This document shows, piece by piece, positions 26,501 to 38,500 of a stretch of DNA of 64,000 nt. The stretch is from the NCBI GenBank assembly GCA_013265495.1, contig MU058781.1, positions 6,538,522 through 6,602,521 of the forward strand, written 5' to 3'. The position numbers and the translations under genes were made by a program. The notes beneath the pieces are model-generated. The model did not search any database and had not been told where the DNA came from. It worked only from the letters and a program-made list of their open reading frames with translations. The stretch comes from Vicugna vicugna. Its lineage: Eukaryota. Position 1 is the stretch's first letter. Every line of letters starts with the position of its first letter.

Positions 26501-29500
26501 CATACAGATAATAAATGGTAGACATCCTGCAGACAGAAGCTCAATAGATTTACTTATTTTTATTATACAAAGAGGTTAATTTGACCAAGGTCACACACAG
26601 CTAACAGGCAGAACTGTACCTGACAGGACAATAATCAAGCAATTGAATCTCCCCAAACTCAGCATTACATACTGCTTGTCTACTCTGTATCAATGAGCTT
26701 TTTCATTATAAAATCCAGATTGATACCACAGTAGAGGTGAAATGCCTACGTTTAGTGACTAACACACAATCCTTACAAATTCTGGATTCTAAGATAAAAA
26801 CTGAAACACACTCATCTCACACTGCAAAATAAATTAAGTTTCAATATAGAGTTTTACTAGCTTGAATGTTTAGTGAGTCAAAATACACCAATCCCTGCTA
26901 AGTAACAACAGTATCTGAAATTTGTTTGCATTCAATTAGAAAATTTCTTCCATCTGATGTTTCCCAAAAGCCAAAATGAATCTTTGATCCTTTACCCAAA
27001 ATTTCCATTTACTAGAACTGAATTAAGAAACAACTGGTGGTCTAAACATATTTGGCATCAGAAACAAAAAACAGCAATGGATATAAAGTAAGCAAGGAAG
27101 CATCTATCCTATTTTATCTAGATAAGAACCACAGGGTAGGCAGAAAATTTCAGGCAACCACTCATTATTAAGTACCTCTTTCCTCAGAAAGGTAGAGACT
27201 GTAACTCCAGGGTGGAGCAGAGCTAGGGACAGGAGTTAGGTGAGGCATCCTGGGATGTAAAACTGGCAGTTGGCAGTTGGCCGGAATGGAGGGAAGGGGC
27301 CAGAGAAGGGAGGAGGCAATCTGGAGGGTTAGGTTTTCACAAAGCTCCTCACAGTATATCAGATAATAAGAGCAAAAAATCAATGAATTAATTCTTAACC
27401 CCGCCCCAAAACGTCTCAATACAGCAAAGTTACACCAAACACTTACCTACAAGATAGCTAAAACTGAGCTACAGATATCAGCCTAGGCTTCAACTAAAGA
27501 TCTGAGAAACTGTATGTTTAAAAACTGGCACTGAAGAGAAATAAAAGTCACAATCTCATTAGACAAACCCCTAACCAAAGCTAATGCTTTACCCTTACAG
27601 GGCTAAACTTCAAAAACGTAGGGACACAAATTTTACTAAGAAATATAAAAGCTTGCCTAAAGAACGAACACATGCTATATTAATCACTCATTTCCTTATG
27701 TATACAAGGCAAGACAAATAACTCTTTTCTTATATGTAATTAATAAAAAAAATCAATAAAATAATCACTTCTACATTTAAAAATGTAATTAAGTCTATGT
27801 AAAGAGCTTTTAACAAGGGAAAAAAATTGGCTTAAGTGCAAAATTTTACATGGGATTCAAAACTTTATTATTCTTTCAAGATTGTAGAATGAAATTAATA
27901 TATTTCCTCCTTCCCAACACTCCAGCAGAGCAACAAGTAGAACTTAAGGGAAAGATGGATCCTCAAGACCAGTAACTGAGCCAAGGTCCCTTGCATAATC
28001 TCAAATATCAGAACAAGACAGTGTATGGCTGAAAGCCCAAACTGCCAAAGAAGTCAAGATTCTGAGCCAGAGAGGCACAACTGTAAGACTGCTATGCTGG
28101 AAAAGGGGAGATAAAAAAAAAAAAAAAAACGAAAAAGAGACACCTCCCACGCTAAACAAAGCTGCAAAACAAAATACCAGTAGGTATGAAGAAAATTAAC
28201 ACTGATACACAACAATTTCAACCAAAACATAATTTCAGTCAACAGAAACTGTTACAGAAGACCTCCTATTTAAAAAACCTACAATTCCTTAATTCCTCAT
28301 GGGTCAATGAGAAAGTCACAAATGAAATTTTAATTAGAAACAAACCACAAATGAAAGCATTACATAACTTAAATGATTCAGCTTTTTATTCATAAAAAAC
28401 TGAAGTGGGACCTGTGCTCAACTCAAAGTAGTTAGAAAATATATAGTGCAACCTAGACAGAAAGGTCAATTTATCCAATCTTTAATTCGTCCCTATCACT
28501 TTCAAACTTGTGTTTAGAACATATAAAGAACTCTTCCTAATAAAAGAAATAACATAACAGAAAAATGGGTAAAGAGAAAACCCAGATGGTCAAGAAACTC
28601 ACGAAAAGATGTCTCCCCACACCCTAGTAAAGAAGGTAATGCAAATTAAACTCCGATGGGCTACTACTGCACATTCATTAGCAAAAACTTTAAAGTAATA
28701 ACAAAAACAAGTACTGGTAACAGTAAAGAAAAAGTAGATCTGCCTGCTGTCATGTGGAAGTATTAAATTGTAAAACCACCCTAAAGAGCAACAAGGCAAC
28801 ATCTAATACATTGAAAGATGTGTATCATCCCCTGTAATTCAGCATTCCATTCCTAGATAAACAGCCTGGAGAAAGTACAGTGCGTGTAGTAAGGGAGAAA
28901 TGCACAAATGTTCCCATCAGCATGTTCAGGAATCAACCCAAATGGGCCCTGCAGAATGGGTTGTGGTGCATCTTCATACTGGATAAACATGTAATAGTGA
29001 AATTAAATAACCCATTACCATTCACAACACTGATAAACTTCACAAATAATATGAAGAAAAAGGTAAGCAAGACAATTATGTACAGTGGTAACCCATTTAT
29101 ATGTTTTAGAAGTGGGCAAAACCTCACTATACAATAATATTTCGAGGGTCAAATAACTTCAGCCTCGATTCTCTTATTTGAAGAATTATGGCTTTTTAGT
29201 GATACCCATGAAATTCAAGGTATTAGTTTAGGTTTACTGTGTTGTCCTGGTGAGGGTGGTTTAAAAAGCCTGACAGTTTAAAACACACACCCACATCCAC
29301 CCCCACACACCCCACACACACATTTTTAAGGGGCTGTTTAAATAACAGATTATCCTTGTGCCAGGTCTCTACAAACCCACCCTCCTCCAGGGGACCTCGA
29401 GGTCTCCCCAGCACCACACACCAAAGCTTTTAATAATGAACTTGAAGATAAGATACTTGGGAGGGGCAATACAAGCGTAGGGAACTAAAAGGTACAAATT

Positions 29501-32500
29501 ACTATGTATAAAATAAGCTACAAGGATATATTGTACAACACAGGAAATATAGCCAATATTTTATAATAACTGTAAGTGAAGCAACTTTTAAAAATTGTGA
29601 ATCACTACATTGTACACCTGTAACTTATATAATATTGCATATCAACTACACTTCAATTTAAAAAAAAACTTACAGAGGAAAAAAGATACTGAGATTCTTC
29701 AAGATATACTTCAAGATAGATTTAAGAATATAACCTTACCTCCTCCTCCTGAGGTTTAGATGCCACAAAGCGTGTTCTCTCTCGTCTCATCTTGCCACCT
29801 CCACTACCTACTCCAGAAGATAAACCATTGGCTGCAGACATACTGAAATTTGGGTAAGGTAAGCCACTAGGCAAAGAAAAAAAAAAGTTAAATGATTTAT
29901 TACTCTGGTCCATAATTTGTTACTAACTGAAAACCTAAAACTTAAAACTGCTAAAAATTAAGAAAATAAATGTTCAGTTGAATGTAATTTTAAAAGCTGA
30001 CAGATTTTTTTTGTATGTGTGAAGTTTCTATTTTTTTTAACCTTCTTAATCTTCAAAAAAGCACAGGTAAATCAAATATGGACTTCACAAATTAAATATA
30101 AAGAAGTTTCACTATAAAGATGACAGTACCTTTCTCGGTCTCTACTTTTTCCTGGTGTCACATTTTTTTCATATCCAGTCTACAAAAAAATAAACACAAC
30201 ATATTTATATTCTTGTGTGTTTAATTTTCTTAATATCACCCTTCTATCTGTGAACGGCAATATTTGGAATCAGGAATTTGATGGTTTAAGTTAATGAATC
30301 CTAAGATCTCCAACTTACACCCTTGTATTCTGAATGATGATCAAGAGTTACAGTGTGATTACAAACATAAAATGTCACCAAACACAAATGTCCTTTTAAC
30401 AAAATGATAATACACAAAGGTAATATAGTTCCAACTGCACAAATACTTTTACTTATCTCTCATTGTTGCCTATTAAACGTGCAATCAAATTTACAAGGGT
30501 AGTCCTTTTGAAATGATTCTCTGCAACTTAAGATTTCCTCCATTAAAAGGAATCAGGGTTCCTTGGAGAAATGGCTGATTATAGGCCTGGGGCTGAAAAC
30601 TCACAAGAGCCAGGGTTATTTTCAGAGTATCAAAAAGCAACTTTCAAGATCTTGTAGTAGCTCACAGTGAAATAGAATATGAAAACGAATATATGTATAT
30701 TCATGTATGACTGAAAAATTGTGCTGTACACCAGAAATTGACAACACTGTAAACTGCCTATAACTCAATTAAAAAAAAAAAAGCAACTAATAGGAGGGGA
30801 AGGTATTGCTCAGTGGTAGAGTGTGTGCTCAGTATTCCTGCGTTCAATTCCCAGTACCTCCATTAATTAAATAAGTAAATAAACCTAATTACACACCCCC
30901 TCTGCTGCCACCCAAAAAAGCAACTAAGCGCTCAAAAAATGATGAGGAAATACTAAAGGACACACAGGAGCCAGTATGAAGGCCAAGTATGGGACAATAT
31001 GAGCATCAAAATAAATGATAATAAAAGATTGTAATCTTATCAAATATAAGAATTCAAGTTGACTTAAAAAAATAAATAGAGAAGTAAATACATAAATAGA
31101 GAAAACTTCCTATAGTTGAAAACCAACTAACAAACATAGAAGAAATGGTGGAATTAGAAAACCACAATTTGTTTGACACAACATTGTAAAATGACTATAA
31201 CTCAATAAAAAAAAGTTAAAAAAAAAAGAAAACCACAATTTGGCATCTGCAAATAATAGACACAGGCAAAAATCATCAATAATGCTGTATCACTTGTGAG
31301 TAAAAAGAATATTTGTGCTCACAAAGTTATCTCCTCCCACTGAGATATTTATTAATTACAACAGGTAAAACAGTAACTTTGCAGTGGAGAAATCCCATTG
31401 ACACCACCTTAACTAATGATCACATTGTCAGCAATGGGACAAACCAGCAGCACGTGCCTCCTAATACGATTCACTGAGAAGAGCTCAGAATCTACTTGGT
31501 GGTAATATCAACAAAAGTACATAACTGGAATCTAATCATGAGGAAACACCAAACATCTCCAAATTGCTGGACATCCACATAGTAACTTCTACTTTTCAGA
31601 AGAATCAATGTTACAAAATACCTACAAACAAACAAACTTAAAAAAAGCCCAAACCTAAAAAACTGTTCTGGACTAAAGGAGATAAAGAGACAGGACAATT
31701 AAATGCAAGGCATGATCTTGCATTTTCTTTCTTTGGGGACAACTGGCAACATCTAAATAAAATCCGTAGATTAAATAATAGTATTGTACCAATGTTAAGT
31801 CTCCGGTTTAGATAACTGTTCTGCAGTTACATGAAGGAATTTCTTCTTTGTAGAAAACACAGAAAAAGATAAAGCAAATGAAGTAAAATATGGAGTTCTT
31901 AAGATTTTTCTTGCAGGTCTGTAAGTCCAAAATTGCACTTCAGTTATTTTTAAAATTTTGATAAAGCAAATATGATAAAATATTAATGACTGGTGAGTTG
32001 AGTTAAAGGAAATGAATAAACACTGTACTATTCTTTCAACTTAAGTTTGAAAATTTTCAAGAAATTGGGTTGTTATGAAAATAGAAAGATTAAACATAAA
32101 GGCACAAATAGATGTTATGTAAATAAAGTACAAAAAACACAGCATTTTAGTTAAATGACACAGGAGAACAGCAAAACCCAAAATTTGAGGCATTATAAGA
32201 CAAATGTGATCTTTTCAAATACCTATGTACCTAACAACTTCATGCCAAGGTATAAGACTCAAGAGAAATGAAAACATATGTCCACAAAAAACTGTACACA
32301 AAAATTTCATAGCAATACTATTCACTATGGTTAAGAAGTGAAAACAACCCAAATGTCCCTCAAATGATGAATGGATTAAAAAACTGGTATATCCAAACAA
32401 TGAAATATTATTCAACCATAAAAAGGCTCATGTTAAGTTCTGATATATAACACAAACCTTAAAATTATGCTAAGTGAAATAAACCAGTCACAAAGGACCA

Positions 32501-35500
32501 CTTTTTTTATATAAGAAATGTCCAGATAAGCAAATCTACAGAGACAGATTAGCAGTTGTCTAGGGCTGGAGGAGAATAAGTGGGAAGTGACTAGTTATTG
32601 ATGTGAGACTTGTGGGAGGGAGAAGGGATGGTGATAAAAATGTTCTAAAATTGACTGCAGTGATGAATGAACAACTCTGCAAATACAACAAAACCACGGA
32701 ATGGTACACTTTGAGTAAACAGGTGAATGGCATGGTATGTGAATTATATATCAATAAAGAAGTTATTTAAAAATAAAAACAATGGAATAAGGGTGAAGAT
32801 TTGGGGTCTAGAAAGACAAAACCAGAAGTCATGTGTGAAACTTCCTTGGATCCTGGTTCAAAAAAGCAGCCATAACCAACATCTGAATATGGACTAGATA
32901 CTAGATAATATTAAGAAGGAACTGATGTTAATTTCCTTAGGTGTGACAATACAGGAGATGTATGCCAAAGTACTCGGGGGTAAACAGATATGTTCAAATA
33001 GTTCAACAACACAAACAGAACACAACATAAAGCTAGCCTGGCAAAATTATTTAATCTAAACACTGAGTGTATACTAGTGTTTACACTGAGGATTTGACCA
33101 AGGTGCCAGTCACTTAAACACTTATCAATTCATAATCATCACTAATTCACAAACTTTACCCATTGTCCAGCTGCTAGACTGCAGTAGTAGATTATTTGTA
33201 CTTTATACTATGTATTTTTATTCATTTTAATCAATATTCAAAGACTAGTGAAAACAAACACATACTTACACTGTGCTTTTTATCTATTCTTTGATTAGTC
33301 TTCCTTAATTCACCAGATGGGGTCAGAGATGGTTTAAAGTAAACAGTTCGATTTGTTGCTATGGAAACTGGCTTTGGGGTCATGAGTCTTTGAACAGGGG
33401 GATACTGAGAGTCCACCTTACAGATAAACAGAAATCAAAGACAAACTTATTTTTCATCTATCAGTGACATATACCTAAAAATTATTTGACAACAGCTAAT
33501 GAAACTCAGAGACCATGAGTCCTTCTCAGCAGAATAACCAGTTGATGCAAACAAGTACTAAGAGGAAAAATTGATAGTAAAAGAACCAAGGGTGTGTGTG
33601 TGTGTATTCATATTATTTTTTATATGTGCATTATGTATTTAGACATACACCTATATATATGCACATATAATTTCAAAATGACCTTACAGACTATGTTATT
33701 CCAGACTTAAATGACTCTTCACACACAAAATGGGAACTATGGTAGAGTATTTTGAATATTTTAAGCTTTTACAGAATGTATTTCAAATATATGAACTAAA
33801 ATTGATTTTGTCACATTTTCCTCAAATTGCTATCTACATTTTTTTCAGCTGTAAATAAGATAATTTTTAATTAGCTGTGAAAATATTTTAATTGCTAAGA
33901 ATGTGAGCAAATCTCTCCAAGTAAATTTTCCTACATCGTTATTTAAAAACCAAACCCAAAGTCCTACAATTTAAGTCTAATTAGTAAAGCACTACTAAGA
34001 ATTCCTAATCTTAAAATGAACTGCCTTTATTATCTAAGTACACAAGTGTTTTGTCAAGTCTTTTGGTACACTGAAACACAATAAAAATCCTGTTGGTGTA
34101 AAAGGACCATAAAGCCCAGAGCTTTTACTCTGTCCAAATACTGTAATACTATGAATACAGTCCTTTGACTCAGCAGCAGCTGTGAACAACGCTGGTTTCC
34201 AGGGCAAAGCCTCTGTATCGTTACCAGCTCTTCCTTAAATCCTCATCACAAGTGTGATCCTACAATTCAATAAGAAAGTCTATTTTGTAGACTGTTCTGA
34301 TTACAACTGTGACACTTGGACTTGGAGCCCTCATATTTCCTAGCACCCGTTACCAAAATTTTATCCATACTATATTCAACCATTAAGAAAATTTTTATTA
34401 ATGAGAAATTCTCTTATGGCACAATTTTTAAATTTTACTTCTTTTTAAACAATCTGATATAAATGAGAGCCTGAGAAAAGCAGCTAATGGCTTACATTAA
34501 TCCCATCACAGCAGCTAATAATAGATTCCCTCTTGCTTCATTAGAAAAGTCTAAGTAATTCTAAAAGTTGAGGAGCAATACTATTCCAAGAAAAAACTCA
34601 ATGTAAGCTGTCTTTTCTGCATCATAATTTCAATAAAAATAACTGTAATTTACTAATATCTCAAATACAGTCCCCACAATTAATTCAGAGAATTACAACA
34701 ATTTTAACCAATTACTTCTGCAGGAACTTGGTGTTGTACTAAATGCTTTCACAAGTAAGGATCTGGGAATATGATTCCTCTGAGGGATACTTAACTAGTC
34801 ACAAATATAACCTACAAAAATTACCTCTTTAACCCTAACTATCAAGCATTTTATTTTTTCCACAGTAACCTCCAAAGCTAATATTAACCAAATAGGATAC
34901 ACTAAAAAGGGTCATCAAGATATAATCTATATCATATTTTTTTTAGCTCTGCTATCTTGGAACAGTATGTTGGCTGACTGATGGTAGATATGTCAATTGG
35001 AAACTCCACCACACATAACAGATTTGACATGTTTATGAGAAAAGTTTACAAAAATAACTATGTTTAATGAGGGCTTTAGTTCACTGAACTTCTAATTATT
35101 TAATACTTCAAGCTCCAACCACTATTTTCATTTATCAAAAAAGTTTAAAGACTACCAGGATATTGAAGATGGAAATACCAAATAACCAAGAAATACTGAC
35201 TACTACATATACAGCATTGTGCTAAGGCCCTCACAAGAGGCTACAACGTCCAAAGTAAAAAAACCTTTTTTCCCAAACACGTCCGCTGATGACTATCAAC
35301 TAAGTTCAATTTGTATATACACCAACTTAAAATACAACAAAACTGTCAATACTTAAAATAAATGCTAAGGGAGTCTTACCTTTTCCCTTTTGGCCTGAAA
35401 GTCTGTGGGGGTATCTATCCCACTCCTATCAAGAGGCTGAAAAAACAAGATTCTATTGAAATAGATGGGAAACTGAAAAATACGACTCTCGGTACCAATA

Positions 35501-38500
35501 TATAAAAATATGTCTCTTAAAAAAGATTTAAAAGTCAACTTACAGAATTCAGAGGCGAAGAAAAAACAGATGGAATTCTTTTTGCATCCTGTTAAAGTTG
35601 AAACAATAACAAAATTCAGATTTTTTTTTTTACTAAACTCAGATTTTGTTACACTCTTGAATTTAATTGTGATTTTAAAAATTTACCGCTAGAGGGCTTG
35701 ACATCTTTTCTAAAGACTGTAATATCCTCCGAGCTGTTGAGCTGGTCACACCATAGGACTGCACATTGAGTTGCTTAGCTTTCATCTGTCTTCTGACTGG
35801 TGCCTATAACATAAACAGTGCATTATTTGTTGGAACTGTAAACTTTAAAAGCACATGTTTCAGGCAATGAAAATACTGACAAAACAGAATGAATGTGCAA
35901 CATGAAAAAGGATTAACTATTAACAGTAACCTGTCTCTAGCTGGTGTCATTAAGCTCATGTTCAACTCTCTTTATGCCTTTACTGAAAATCCCATCCTGA
36001 GAAATTACTCTTACAATCAGAAAAAAAATGTTAAATGGGAAAAATGAGAATAGTAAAAGGCTCTAGCATTACTTTGATCAATTTATCCCTGATATTTAAA
36101 TCAAAGAACACTAAATTAATGAGAGCCACATTAAAATATTAGGTGGGGAAGAGTATATATAGCTCAGTGGTAGAGTACATGCCTGGCATGCATCCCCAGT
36201 ACCTCCATTAAAATAAATAAATCTAATTAACCCTGGCAAAAACAAAAAAAGAATATTAGTTATTTTGGGTACTAAACAATATTTAACTATAGTAAATTCC
36301 AAGAAGATAACTAAACAAGACTATACATTTTATTGCAATGGAAATCAACATTTTTAAACTGATTTGTTTCTCCAATTTTAATGTAAGAAAAAATTTTAAT
36401 ACTCAGGCTATTTCTTAATAAATGACTTCTAAACTTTCCTAAAACTGATGTTAAGGAAAAATAGTTATAGGAATAGCCATATACACGTTTATTTTTTTGA
36501 GGGAGGTAATTGGGTTTATTTATTTATATTTACTTATTTTCTTGTATTGCTTGGTTTTTGAGGGGGAGGTAACTAGGTTTCTTCATTGATTTCCGCTTGG
36601 AGGAAGTACCGGGGGTTGAACCCAGGACCTCATGTATGCTAGGCATGCTCTCTACCCTCCCCCTGACATATACCCTTTAACACATAAGCAATGTTTACAA
36701 GTTTCAACAGAAATACTTCCTTTTCTCATGAATGTATTACAACATCCCAACATCCAAGTGACTACCACAAAACAAAGCAGTTTGGCAATGCTTAATGTAA
36801 AAAAAGATGCATGCTCACAATCAAAATATAACCCAGTTTCTATAAATAGCTCATATCTGAAAAACTGAAGCACAATAACTACTTTAAATAATGTTTCTCT
36901 ATCTGATACCAAATAGTCATTGTATCTTCAGAGCAGCTGCAATATTCTACATTAGCTTTATTAAGAAGAACCTGGTCCACCATTAAGGATTGCTGTTATT
37001 CAGGGCAAAGGCCCTGGCAAACATGAGGCAGCATTAGAATCTTCTAGGAGAATATGACAGCCTGTCCTGTCACTGGATTCTACTGGTCACTAGCCTCTCT
37101 GGGCCTCAAATCACTAATCAATAAAATGGAACTGAATTAGAAAATCTTTATTGTATCTCCCAATTCTTAATTCCCTAGGAAAGGAACAGCAACTAGATTT
37201 AATTCAAATGTCAGTAATTAACAGAAGCCTGTGTTGACAAGGATTATAAGGGTGTGTCAGGACTCAGCATTAAAAAGTACAGGATTTGATATAAGAAATA
37301 GGAAGAAGCAGGAATATACTATGACTAGGACCACTCATGAATCACAGGTTTGCTTCATCTTATCTTCTACTACAAGGTGAACTATTTTAATTGCAAAAAA
37401 CTTTTTGAAAAAGAGAAAGATGATCGAGTTTAAGCTCTAGAAAGAGGTCCCTGTGTGACCCCAACATCCAGTTAAAACTCTCTGAAATAATAAATATTGC
37501 CCATCATCAATACACTCAGAAGACTCCTAATTACTATCAATTACATATGGAAGCATCCTCTAATTAAGAAAGAGACTGCTCCTAAGGACAAGACACAGTC
37601 TTCATATATACTTGCTTTTGTGTCATTTCTATGTCATGGGTTGCCATCTTCAAACACATTTACCTCTCCAAAAGCCTATCAAAAGTCTACATGCTTCAAG
37701 TGTCATTACACCTCTATCTTCAAAATGTTAAAACCTATAACGTAAGCACCGTAACAACATACACACAAAACAACTTTTATGATCCTCAAGTAACTCTTAG
37801 GACAAAGTATAGAATGATGAAATTTATCTTAAATTATTTTCAAAGTTATCAATCTCCAATTGTTCTGTTAACATATGTACGTAAACACAGCTGATTTTGT
37901 ATATTAACCTTTTTATTCTGTGACCTTGCTAAACTCATTTGTAAGTTCTGACAATGTTTTTTGGAGATTGTTGGGGTTTTCTAGGTAGAAAAGCACGTTG
38001 TCTACGAATAGGAGTAATTTAATTTCTTCCTTTCCAATCTGGATGCCTTGTATCTCTTTATTCTTGTATTGGCTAGGACCTGCAGCATGATGTTTATCAG
38101 TGGTGACAGCAGACATCCTTGTTCTCTTCTTGGTCTTAAGAAGAAACTATTCAGCTTTCATCATGAGTATGATGCTAGTTGAAGATTTTCCATAGATACA
38201 ATTTATCAGGTTGAGGAGGTTCCCAACTATTCCTAGGTTGCTGAAAATTTTTTATCATGAATGGATGTTGGATTTTGTCAAATGTTTTATGCATCTGTGG
38301 AGATGTTCATTCAGTTTTTATATAAATCTTCAGTTTGTTTACACGGTAGATCACATTATTCCTAGGATAAACCTACTTAATCATGATGTAGTAAGTATCT
38401 TTTCCATGTATACTGTCAACTGATTTCTGAAAAAGGTGCAAAGGCAATCCAAAGGGGAAAGTATAGTCTTAGGAACAAATGGTACTAGAAAAAGGGGAAA

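Larger units (their letters stand above)
30520..32770 (+). mobile_element. Old L1MC/L1ME-type 3' fragments hosting younger insertions
   Basis: AAAAGGAATCAGGGTTCCTTGGAGAAATGGCTGATT-type L1MC 3' UTR; second 3' end at 32.2-32.77 kb ending AATAAAG. Confidence 0.65.

Noticed and set aside
29150..29440. Possible canonical C/D or H/ACA scaRNA
   Set aside because: No RUGAUGA C box or ANANNA hinge in suitable positions; retained only as an unclassified structure.
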